Part shown: positions 36,476 through 44,209 of the stretch, piece after piece
How positions within the stretch are numbered: the stretch's first letter is position 1
Layout of the letters: each line of letters opens with the position of its first letter
IMG/VR virus record: IMGVR_UViG_3300037424_002275
Location: 1 to 44,209 of that record
Length of the DNA: 44,209 nt
From: a virus
Lineage: Duplodnaviria > Caudoviricetes
Strand: one strand, 5' to 3'
The notes under the pieces: model-generated
What the model saw: the letters and a program-made list of their open reading frames with translations, nothing else
Database searches by the model: none
What the model was told of the DNA's origin: nothing
Translations under genes and position numbers: made by a program

Positions 36476-36616
36476 TTATTTACTGGATTTGCCGCCTTTA
36501 TGCCCCCGGGCCGCGAGACACGCTGCACAGCACCCGGTAGAAATGCCGTCATGCCTTTTCACTGCCTCAACCTCCGGGTGCTTCTTACACATGCCTGGAT
36601 TCGGATTTTTCGCCAT
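36476..36616 (-). CDS. 46-aa Cys/His basic peptide (not in ORF track)
   Basis: GGAG RBS; MAKNPNPGMCKKHPEVEAVKRHDGISTGCCAACLAARGHKGGKSSK. Confidence 0.5.
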   Translation of the reverse strand: MAKNPNPGMCKKHPEVEAVKRHDGISTGCCAACLAARGHKGGKSSK

Positions 36617-36706
36617 AATCTATCTCCTTCCTTTTTTTTGGGATTTTGGTTTGTTGTGATTTGTTAAATTAGACGATCAGGTTCTTGCCCATGGGGTAGG
36701 GCCGAT

Positions 36707-36949
36707 TCATCCGGAGGCCCCTGTAGACTCATCAGGCGGCGCCAGAGACTCCCATGCTCTTTCCAAATCATATTCTAAACAAACCGCCTTAAACTCCTGT
36801 TCTTCCTCGGTGGAGATCCGATCTTTCAAAAGCTTCCAGGTTTTTGACTTAGCAAATTTCTCCCAGGTGAACACCCCTCCCAGGTTTGTCACGATCACCA
36901 TGAACCGGAGGGCCAGGACCTCAATGTCGAGTGAAGATCCTCTAGCCAT
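36707..36949 (-). CDS. Hypothetical protein
   Basis: GGAGG RBS before MARGSS. Confidence 0.55.
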   Translation of the reverse strand: MARGSSLDIEVLALRFMVIVTNLGGVFTWEKFAKSKTWKLLKDRISTEEEQEFKAVCLEYDLERAWESLAPPDESTGASG

Positions 36950-37105
36950 TAAAACCTCCAAGGATGGCCATGTTCCCGGAATGTGGACTACACTTGATAT
37001 AATTGGCAATAATCAGCATAATCCACATAGCCAGTGAAACTTGACAAGTATTTGAACTATCTTGGAAAGCTACGGTTGGCGTGGGTTTTGCAAAGCACTT
37101 ACCCA

Positions 37106-37153
37106 GGACTACGAATCCGAGTGTCGGGGGTTCAAATCCCTCCGGGCGCGCCA
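37106..37153 (+). mobile_element. attP core: 3' half of tRNA-Arg(ACG)
   Basis: GGA-CTACGAA-TCC anticodon loop, GGGGG-TTCAAAT-CCCTC T arm, CGGGCGC-G-CCA; 5' half absent; near integrase. Confidence 0.88.
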
Positions 37154-37316
37154 CACCAGGAGTCAAAATGTGGGACAAAATATCATGGATTATCGGCATC
37201 TTACTGGTTCCCCTAATCTTGATTATCTGGTGGAAGGCCTTCTTTGGGGGCCGAAAATACTGACGATGTTCCCAAAATGTTCCCCGATTTTCAACATATT
37301 GAAATAATTACCCGAA

Positions 37317-37817
37317 TCAAGAAGCGATTGAAATTAAAGGCCAAATAGGTGCTGATTGGGTAGTCATGCGGATAAAAGACAAAAGTTCTTCGGTAACCCG
37401 AAACCACTCTCCCTTTATCCGCAAATGAGAAAACTGCCGATGGATTTCTTTTTCTCGTTTATGAGTTCCGAAGATCACCCCCAAAATAGTCAGATGAGAA
37501 GAAACCGCGACATTGATGTCATTAAATCGAGCAAGAAAATTAGTGCTAAACCCGATTTTTATAAAGCCGTTTCCGTCCTGAATAAAATACACCAGAGATT
37601 TGTTAACCAAGGCTGCATCATATTCATAGGGTACGCCAGAAAGTCTGAACGGATTGGCAAAGCCATTTTGAATCGGCGCTTTCCTGTTGATCGAATTATG
37701 AGCGGCAAAAAGCTCTGCGTCTGCCCTTGATCGAAACCGTCGCTTTGTTCGCCGGCCATCTATATAACCGTCAGCCAGCCAAGCATAGCCATTTTTATTT
37801 TGAACTTTCTTTACCAT
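37317..37817 (-). CDS. T5orf172/GIY-YIG protein with integrase-arm-like N-terminus
   Basis: LVYFIQ..FIKIGFS..R, EKEIHRQFSHLRIKGEWF. Confidence 0.85.
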   Translation of the reverse strand: MVKKVQNKNGYAWLADGYIDGRRTKRRFRSRADAELFAAHNSINRKAPIQNGFANPFRLSGVPYEYDAALVNKSLVYFIQDGNGFIKIGFSTNFLARFNDINVAVSSHLTILGVIFGTHKREKEIHRQFSHLRIKGEWFRVTEELLSFIRMTTQSAPIWPLISIAS

Positions 37818-38326
37818 ATGAACTCTTTACCTCCCTGATCCCGATCAGAATTTTTCACTCTGACATATTCATGGCCACCTACAGAAAAATTATCAAGGTC
37901 GCCACTAGCCAAAAGCGCAAAAAATTTCCCAATATCCATCTTTTCATGAGCTACTAGTTTTAAATTTTTGGTGCAAATGATTTCTTCTGACATACAACCT
38001 CCCTGGTCCCGGTCAGGCTTGAGGGCTATTGGTTTTGCATTAGGTCTTGGAGTTTTAGGAGGGCTATTTCGCCCGCCCTTTTTCACCTTGCCTTCACGGA
38101 TGATATCAAGCCATGGTTTCCCAGGAAGTTCTTCAAACAATTTCTGAGCCTCTTCCCTTGTAGGAGCACAACGCAAACAGATAAAGGTATGCCAGCCTTC
38201 ACCCCCGATCGTCGAACTCCAACCCCATTCTCTGACAAAATCCTTTTTGCAGACCTCACAAAATTGCCAAAAAATTAAAGGGAAGGCCTTATTAACTAAT
38301 CTTAGTTTTTTGGTTTCCCGAATCAC
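37811..38326 (-). CDS. Hypothetical Zn-finger protein (possibly two fused ORFs)
   Basis: CEVC..CLRC; internal RBS and ATG at 37993. Confidence 0.55.
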   Translation of the reverse strand: MIRETKKLRLVNKAFPLIFWQFCEVCKKDFVREWGWSSTIGGEGWHTFICLRCAPTREEAQKLFEELPGKPWLDIIREGKVKKGGRNSPPKTPRPNAKPIALKPDRDQGGCMSEEIICTKNLKLVAHEKMDIGKFFALLASGDLDNFSVGGHEYVRVKNSDRDQGGKEFIW

Positions 38327-39380
38327 TCTTCACCCCTCGTGTCCCGATCAAATTTATCGCCTCTTGCTGGTGGCCCGGCGCCAGGTGAGCGTAACGCATG
38401 GTCATGGTCAGGGTAGCGTGGCCGAGCTGCTGTTGCACCGCCTTAAGCGAGGCCCCGGCCATCACCAGCCAGGAAGCGCAGGTATGCCGCAGATCATGAA
38501 AGTGGAAATCCTCGATCCCGGCCCGGCGACACGCCGCCTCGAACCCTTTCCGGATGGTTACCAGGGGAAGACCCTTGACCCCGGGGAAGACGTAGGGACT
38601 CTTAAGCTCCACCTTTGCCCGAACCTCCTTGAACACTTCCACCTGGGCCTGGTTCAAAGGCACCGGCCGGCCCTCCCCGGACTTGACCATGCCCCCAGGC
38701 AGGTACACCCAGGCACCGCGGATCCACTCCCAACGCAGCGCCAGGATCTCCCCCTTCCTCATGCCGGTGTTCAAGGCAGTCTCGACTATCGGCCGAAGAT
38801 GATCAGCGCACGCGGCGAGAAGTCGGCTCGCGTCTTCCTGAGAAAGAAACCTGCCGCGAGCGTTCCGTTCCCGGGCAAACAGAGACTCACCCTTGCTAAA
38901 AGGATTGACCTCAAGCCAGCCCCAAGACACCGCCTTGTTGAGCATGTGCCGCAGTACCGCCATTTCCCGGTTGACCCGGGCCATGCTCCGGGGCCCCCGG
39001 CCGGTAGGAGTCTTCTCCCGGCCGCGGCGAAACAATTCCAGGTCCCGATAGGTGATGTTTTTCAGGGAAAGGTTCAAAAAAGCGGGATACAGGACAGTCT
39101 TTATGATTTGAGTTTTGTCGATGATGTTACGTTTATCGTCCATGAGCACCAGGTAGTCAAAGGATAAATCATCAAAAGTTCGGGCCACTTCTTTCTTACC
39201 GAAAACCTCCCCATATTTACCCTCTTTTTTGGATACCACCACCCGGGCAAGCACGGCCTCGGCGTCGGCCAGCTTCTTGAAACGCCTCTTGACTCTTTTC
39301 CCCTTGTCGTCGTAGAAGTCAATAAGCCAAGCATACCCGCCACCTTTGTTAAAAACCTTCTTGGGCTTCATGATCGACAA
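38292..39380 (-). CDS. int: Tyrosine integrase
   Basis: TGMRKGEI, VKSG, FHDLRHT, LGH, RYAH catalytic residues. Confidence 0.96.
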   Translation of the reverse strand: MSIMKPKKVFNKGGGYAWLIDFYDDKGKRVKRRFKKLADAEAVLARVVVSKKEGKYGEVFGKKEVARTFDDLSFDYLVLMDDKRNIIDKTQIIKTVLYPAFLNLSLKNITYRDLELFRRGREKTPTGRGPRSMARVNREMAVLRHMLNKAVSWGWLEVNPFSKGESLFARERNARGRFLSQEDASRLLAACADHLRPIVETALNTGMRKGEILALRWEWIRGAWVYLPGGMVKSGEGRPVPLNQAQVEVFKEVRAKVELKSPYVFPGVKGLPLVTIRKGFEAACRRAGIEDFHFHDLRHTCASWLVMAGASLKAVQQQLGHATLTMTMRYAHLAPGHQQEAINLIGTRGVKSDSGNQKTKIS

Positions 39381-39505
39381 CCTTTAACATTTTTAACAAT
39401 TATCCAAATTAAAATAATTAATCCACAAACTTGTCCTGTCTTAATTAGCCAGCTCGGAATCCAGTCTAAAATCATGGGCAGTTACCATCCTAAAAAACTG
39501 GTAAC

Positions 39506-39697
39506 TTAAGAAGGATTTTTTGTCAAGATGAACCGAAAAACTTCATCACCAAAACCCAAAAATTTTACCTTCCAAAGCTCACACTCTGGAATAGTTGAAT
39601 TGGCCCGACGTAGCAAAACCGCCAAACCTTCTTCTTTCGTTTGTGTTAATGGGTCATGGTAAATCATCACTTCCTGCCCTTTAAAAAGTTCCCTCAT
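39506..39697 (-). CDS. Hypothetical protein
   Basis: ATGA overlap with xis. Confidence 0.55.
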   Translation of the reverse strand: MRELFKGQEVMIYHDPLTQTKEEGLAVLLRRANSTIPECELWKVKFLGFGDEVFRFILTKNPS

Positions 39698-39876
39698 CCA
39701 GTAGCCCCCCTTTTTTTATCCTTAAGCCATGTTTCAATTTCTTCCGCATCGAACCGCACGCACCGCTCTATCTTATAGTGCGGTATCACACCCCGGCGCA
39801 CCCAGGAAAAAACGGTAACTGGGGGCACGCCGAGTTTTTTGGCCAAATCCTTAGCCGAGATTAATTGCAGGTCCAT
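39694..39876 (-). CDS. xis: Excisionase (HTH_17)
   Basis: LISAKDLAKKLGV..TVFSWVRRGVIPHYKI..VRF. Confidence 0.88.
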   Translation of the reverse strand: MDLQLISAKDLAKKLGVPPVTVFSWVRRGVIPHYKIERCVRFDAEEIETWLKDKKRGATG

Positions 39877-40324
39877 TGCTCCATCCCTTCAAGCCACCAT
39901 GAAATCTCGTATGCATTACAATTTTAGCAAACAACATTAGGTTGCCAGGATCATTATTGTGACGAACCTCATCAATATGATGAATCGCCTCTGTTGATAA
40001 AATTGGTCTGCCTAAAACTTTTTCCATAACCAAAACATGTTCAAAAACGTATCCCCCAACGGCTCTTGGATGATCTGGACTATGTATTTTTACATAGCCA
40101 GTTTTATGAATAAACCTTCCTCCTTTCCACTGAGGATGATTTTCACTATTGTGGTTGTGACCATTAACAAACCGCATATGTTGACCCTTCACGATGCCCT
40201 TTCTTGAATCATTTTTAGGGGCGATTGCAGTTCTTTGGCCACAACCACATTCACATAAGCCTGGCGTCACCTTGGGTACGCAGAGACGTCTTGCCAGTTC
40301 TTCGGGAGAAATTAACTGCGTCAC
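39851..40324 (-). CDS. HNH homing endonuclease
   Basis: LCECGCG, HPQWKGG, GYVFEH..IHHIDEVRHNNDPGNL. Confidence 0.88.
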   Translation of the reverse strand: MTQLISPEELARRLCVPKVTPGLCECGCGQRTAIAPKNDSRKGIVKGQHMRFVNGHNHNSENHPQWKGGRFIHKTGYVKIHSPDHPRAVGGYVFEHVLVMEKVLGRPILSTEAIHHIDEVRHNNDPGNLMLFAKIVMHTRFHGGLKGWSNGPAINLG

Positions 40325-40782
40325 TATTTATGCTCCAAGAGAAAATCAGATTTGGCTAACCGTTCATAGAGAGTTTCCTGGTCCTTGCCCTGCACCACAT
40401 AGGGCAAAAAAACCTCCTGGATTTCCACCATGCCGGAATCAACCCAGGCCAATTGAGCCTCAAGGCCTGCTTTAGCAACTCGCCAGGCGGTGCGCCGGGC
40501 TTGCTCGGGTTCCACAAGGGAGTTGCCTCGTTTCTTCTTGGCTGCCTCCTGGAGGACCTTGAAATAGTTTCGCCAGCGCACCGGGAGCCGAAAGAAAACC
40601 TCCTTATCTTGAATTATCAGGGAAAAAGAGATAGCCACAACCTCGCCGGCGTCGTATTCCGTCATGACCCGTTTGGCCCGGCGCCCTAAAATTTCTTGAA
40701 TCTCTGCCGCGGTACGTTCGGCCGAAATCTCCGTCTGGCTCAAGAAAGGTGTGTCAGCATCCCTTTTCCCCCGGGGGCTCAT
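40324..40782 (-). CDS. Phage hypothetical protein
   Basis: 152 aa, coupled to both neighbours. Confidence 0.7.
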   Translation of the reverse strand: MSPRGKRDADTPFLSQTEISAERTAAEIQEILGRRAKRVMTEYDAGEVVAISFSLIIQDKEVFFRLPVRWRNYFKVLQEAAKKKRGNSLVEPEQARRTAWRVAKAGLEAQLAWVDSGMVEIQEVFLPYVVQGKDQETLYERLAKSDFLLEHK

Positions 40783-41150
40783 GCCGCTTTATCCTCGTCC
40801 TTGTCCGCCCCGTCCTGCATGGGGAGGCCCAACTGCTTCTCGTCCTCGTCCATGGGCCGGGAGTCGACGATCTCCAGGGTGTCCAGGCGCACCATTACCA
40901 TCATGGCCGCATCAAAGTCTTTGCGCCACTCACATTCAACTTCCCGGAGTTCGGTACGGTTGATGACCTTATCAGCCAGGTCGTCAACCTGATCCTGGAG
41001 CTCCAGGATTTCGACGTTGCGCTGCTTGACTTCGATCTTTCGAGCCCCCTTCATCCCCTCGATGTCTTGAATGCCCCGGGCCAGTTGTTCGGAATACTCA
41101 CGAACCTCATCATCGGTAAGATCAAACGGGATTTCCTTGGTGAAGCTCAT
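40779..41150 (-). CDS. Hypothetical acidic coiled-coil protein
   Basis: AAGGAG RBS before MSFTKE. Confidence 0.7.
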   Translation of the reverse strand: MSFTKEIPFDLTDDEVREYSEQLARGIQDIEGMKGARKIEVKQRNVEILELQDQVDDLADKVINRTELREVECEWRKDFDAAMMVMVRLDTLEIVDSRPMDEDEKQLGLPMQDGADKDEDKAA

Positions 41151-41386
41151 CTTGAATCTCCTTTTGTGGTTTTCTTCCAAAATGTAAGGCAATAGCCGAA
41201 TCCAAATATCCGACATACCAGTCAGGGGCCCCGGGTCCCATCCACCCGGTTCCCAGCCACCACTTCTTAAGATCCTCCAGAGGATGAATCGAACAGGCGA
41301 CCCGCCAGGCCGTGACCGGGCCAATACGTCCGTACCAGTCCCGGCCCACCAGCCCGCACCAGCACCCCAGGCGCTGCCAGTAGAGC

Positions 41387-41626
41387 CTAAGCAGTTCCAC
41401 CAGCTTCCTCCAGCTGCATCCGGACACCCCGGGTGGAGTATCCATCATCATAATATTGCTTGATGGTTTTCAAGAGGTCCACCTGGTCGGCAGGGTAACG
41501 ACGTTGCCGGCCCTCGCTTCGGGGGGTATCAATATCAAAAATCTTCCCCCAATAACGCAAGGTGGATTTGTGAACTCCCACCATTTCAGCTACCTGATCA
41601 ATAGTAAAACGAATGTTGTTTTCCAT
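41387..41626 (-). CDS. MerR-type HTH DNA-binding protein
   Basis: FTIDQVAEMVGVHKSTLRYW..PRSEGRQRRY. Confidence 0.88.
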   Translation of the reverse strand: MENNIRFTIDQVAEMVGVHKSTLRYWGKIFDIDTPRSEGRQRRYPADQVDLLKTIKQYYDDGYSTRGVRMQLEEAGGTA

Positions 41627-41639
41627 GTTGATTTTCTCC

Positions 41640-42032
41640 TTATGCAGCTTTTCTTCTTTCAAAAGCTGTGTGCATGGCGGTTGTAGCAAAAACCATTAAA
41701 TTGCCAGGCACATTATTTTTCTTTTTACCATCAATATGATGTACTGCTTCTGAAATCAAAATAGGACGGCCCAGGGCTTGTTCGGCTACCAAAATATGTT
41801 CAAACACATATCCTTTTTTATCGGCCCTGTGGTGCCCAGGTTGATAAATAACAATATAGCCACCCCTTAATTGTCTACCACCTTTCCAGCCCGGATGATC
41901 TTTGCCCGACCTTGCACCCCCGCTATGACCTTTAATAAAACGCAAAGACTGACCTTTAAAAATCCCATATTTTGTGAAAGTACGATCAGCTATTCGGGTT
42001 TCTCGACCACAACCGCATCCACATTTTGCCAT
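41640..42032 (-). CDS. HNH homing endonuclease
   Basis: CGCGCG, HPGWKGG, GYVFEHILVAE, VHHIDGKKKNNVPGNL. Confidence 0.88.
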   Translation of the reverse strand: MAKCGCGCGRETRIADRTFTKYGIFKGQSLRFIKGHSGGARSGKDHPGWKGGRQLRGGYIVIYQPGHHRADKKGYVFEHILVAEQALGRPILISEAVHHIDGKKKNNVPGNLMVFATTAMHTAFERRKAA

Positions 42033-42772
42033 TCTCCCTCCTGGGGTTCATCTTTGAGCCAATGAATCATCATCTTGCCAGTTTCCTCAGTAAGCACACG
42101 AGGAATCCCATCGAAGAGGCCGGTTCTGTCTTTCGAAGCCAAAGCCACATGGCCGTCAACGGACAAATCCAAAACCGTACTAAACTCGAAATCCATGCCT
42201 TCCCGTTGCACTGGCGCCAGGCCAATCTTCTCGGGAACCTTCCTGCCATTCCGTTCCACCACTTCATAGGCCGTCTTGGACCGGATGGTGGCAATGATAT
42301 GGAGAGGGCTTTGCAACATCGCCTCAACAAACTTGGTGTGTTCCTCAGAAGGGACCTTCCAGGCAGTGTAGGCGTTCTTCTGCGCCTTGGCCGCGGCGTC
42401 CACCATTTCCAGGACCCCTCCCTGGCCATTCCACTCGTGGCTGATGCTGTCGATAATCAAAATACCGATACCCTCTTCCTCAGCCACCTTAATGCCCTTG
42501 ACATACTTACGGGGTTCGAAAGGGGGATTGAAAGGCAGGACTGCAAACGGCAATTCCCATCCATCCGGCATTAACCGCCCCTTGACATTTTTCCCCGCAT
42601 AAAGAGCACTCGATCTTTTCTCGGTGTCAATTACCCCGATTCTGAGATTCAAAATTTCAGCCATGCCCTTGGCAATTCGCAGGGCACTCATGGTCTTACC
42701 GGACCCAGCCGGGCCAGCCAACGCCAACCTTAACTTGGCCTTTTCTCTTACAGCTTCTTCAAATAACGCCAT
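41990..42772 (-). CDS. AAA_24/Sak4-like recombination ATPase
   Basis: GPAGSGKT, VIDTE, LIIDSISHEW, QREGMDFEF, SKDRT. Confidence 0.88.
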   Translation of the reverse strand: MALFEEAVREKAKLRLALAGPAGSGKTMSALRIAKGMAEILNLRIGVIDTEKRSSALYAGKNVKGRLMPDGWELPFAVLPFNPPFEPRKYVKGIKVAEEEGIGILIIDSISHEWNGQGGVLEMVDAAAKAQKNAYTAWKVPSEEHTKFVEAMLQSPLHIIATIRSKTAYEVVERNGRKVPEKIGLAPVQREGMDFEFSTVLDLSVDGHVALASKDRTGLFDGIPRVLTEETGKMMIHWLKDEPQEGEWQNVDAVVVEKPE

Positions 42773-43073
42773 AAATTCCTCCTTTAAAACTACCCGAACA
42801 AGACATTTAAACTCTTTGTTTGAATCAAGCTATATTCATTGTTAAAACTTGAATTATAGTAAAATGATGTTAACCGAATCTGAAAATATTCTATACCAAA
42901 ATTGAAGGTTTGCAAGAAAAAAATTGAACTTACTGTAAAATTTTCTTGATCATTCCAAATTAAGGTGATATTGTGGTCTTACTCTACCGAACACTTGCTG
43001 AACATTGCTATTTTATGCCTTAAATTGCCTCTCCTTATTTAATAGTTATTTAATCAATTAACACAGAGCAAAT
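42773..43073. promoter_or_regulatory. AT-rich divergent promoter region
   Basis: TTGATC-17-TATTGT (+); TTGCAA-16-TAGAAT (-); inverted repeat CAAGAAAA...TTTTCTTG. Confidence 0.6.
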
Positions 43074-43757
43074 ATGAACCTTTGCAAGCTTCATTACGGT
43101 CTGCATTTACTCGCTAATCGAGAGGGGGTAATTTTAGAAAAATTTGAAACCATTGCCGCTAAAGTTTTTCCAGATCAAAAACTTAACATAGCACCACTAT
43201 TGACAGTCTTAGAAAAGTGTGGAATTTTGCAGCTTGAGGGAAATCCGCTACACATCAGGCTTAATCAATGGCCTGAAATGGGTCACCGACAAATTGCTTC
43301 AAAGGCCGACTGCTTCCAGGCAGCACACCATGGTTCCGGTGATCCAGAAACAAAAGAATCGGCACCCCGGAAAACGCCTCAAGAAGTGAATCAATACGAA
43401 ATGCGGTTAAAAAAAGCCGGGCTTACAGGATTCACCCGGTCGCCAGCTTTTAGCGTCTTTCTGGAAGCCTGGCCCAACCCGATCACCGATAAAAAAGCCA
43501 CCACAACAGCAGGCCAGGAGTGGGATAAACTGGAACGTGCTAAAAAATTGCCCGATATATCACTACTGCTCGTTGCGCTTAAAAAATCCCCACCACCCCC
43601 TCGTACCTGGCCGAGTACCTGGCTTAAGAAACACCCCTGGTATCAAACTACCCGATTACCTGATTGCCCAACCTGCAATGATGAAGGACTGGTGTACGGA
43701 GTTACGCCGGAAGGAAAAAAAGGAGCTATGCCATGCCCGAAGTGCCAACCCTCGTGA
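43074..43757 (+). CDS. Putative replication initiator/organiser with C-terminal Zn finger
   Basis: FSVFLEAWP..KK..W..L..WPSTWL pattern; CPTC..CPKC; upstream of helicase. Confidence 0.6.
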   Translation: MNLCKLHYGLHLLANREGVILEKFETIAAKVFPDQKLNIAPLLTVLEKCGILQLEGNPLHIRLNQWPEMGHRQIASKADCFQAAHHGSGDPETKESAPRKTPQEVNQYEMRLKKAGLTGFTRSPAFSVFLEAWPNPITDKKATTTAGQEWDKLERAKKLPDISLLLVALKKSPPPPRTWPSTWLKKHPWYQTTRLPDCPTCNDEGLVYGVTPEGKKGAMPCPKCQPS

Positions 43758-44209
43758 ATGTAGATTCGCCTGAGTACCAGTCGAGAATTAAAACCTCACT
43801 TTTGGACCTTGCCCAGGATATTTCCAAAGCAGCCGGCAATGGAATCCCGGTCAGCCAAACCCAACTTTCTTCCTACCTGGACCTGCTGCAAAGCCTGATC
43901 CCCTTCCCCAAAGAAACTGCCAAACGCACCCTGAGCGATGAAGTTCGGGAATGGGTGTTGGCGACAGATGGCATCTTCTTGTCGACAGATGTCGTCAAAG
44001 AATTGAAGTTGTCGACACGTGTCGACATAAAAAATGTCAGTACCATCTTAATACGAATGGCCAAAGAGAATTTGGTTACCCGAACTGGAAATAAACGAGG
44101 CCAATATCGAGTAATTGACCCCAGCATGGCGCCGATGGATTGGGAAAGCTGCGATGTTGCTAAAACCTATGATTTCAAACTCCCCCTGGGCCTGCACAAA
44201 TTGATGTAC
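43733..44209 (+). CDS. 5' part of DnaB/RecA-fold helicase (winged-helix-like N-terminus); continues across the circular junction to 742
   Basis: ATG at 43733 after AGGAG; open frame MPEVPTLVN...LSDEVREWVLATDGIFLSTDVVKELKLSTRVDIKNVSTILIRMAKENLVTRTGNKRGQYRVID is in frame with ORF 44..742 (~363 aa in total). Confidence 0.8.
   Translation, partial: MPEVPTLVNVDSPEYQSRIKTSLLDLAQDISKAAGNGIPVSQTQLSSYLDLLQSLIPFPKETAKRTLSDEVREWVLATDGIFLSTDVVKELKLSTRVDIKNVSTILIRMAKENLVTRTGNKRGQYRVIDPSMAPMDWESCDVAKTYDFKLPLGLHKLMY
43980..44027. repeat. Phased array of TGTCGACA octamers including an 18-bp palindrome
   Basis: Copies at 43980, 43990 (TGTCGTCA), 44010, 44020; TGTCGACACGTGTCGACA at 44010-44027. Confidence 0.85.
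44083..44209. repeat. Terminal direct repeat (circular assembly overlap), copy 2
   Basis: Identical to 1-127. Confidence 0.97.

Noticed and set aside
37073-37153. Complete tRNA-Arg gene
   Set aside because: No 5' acceptor strand or D arm; only the 3' half is present, consistent with attP.

Overview
The window is the complete ~44.08 kb genome of a temperate tailed phage, assembled as a circle (1-127 is repeated at 44083-44209). A lipobox protein in the lysis module suggests a diderm host. Modules: (i) rightward replication/recombination genes crossing the junction (putative initiator, wHTH-DnaB-like helicase, RusA); (ii) a long leftward early/accessory region (1.4-13.5 kb: ParB-like protein, DUF932, SSB, YspA/SLOG protein, many small ORFs); (iii) a ~2.7 kb largely non-coding region (12.7-15.4 kb) before the terminase; (iv) a Mu-like head module with a protease-scaffold-capsid fusion, an embedded methyltransferase and GT9 glycosyltransferase, and a tail module with no recognisable tube or full-length tape measure; (v) lysis genes; (vi) attP (3' half of tRNA-Arg-ACG), tyrosine integrase, excisionase, MerR-type HTH and a Sak4-like ATPase. 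Four HNH endonuclease genes are interspersed. The most unusual signal is in region (iii): a 310-nt tract with only two T on the + strand (221 nt with none) and a second 108-nt T-free tract. These flank a long + strand fold-back that resembles single-strand promoters/origins of plasmid leading regions and sit upstream of a candidate anti-defence cassette. Other notable points are two identically phased TGTNGACA arrays, HNH genes that have swapped termini with their neighbours, an integrase-arm-domain/GIY-YIG fusion beside attP, and a tail hub that appears split across two genes. All product calls come from motif recognition by eye, with no database searches.
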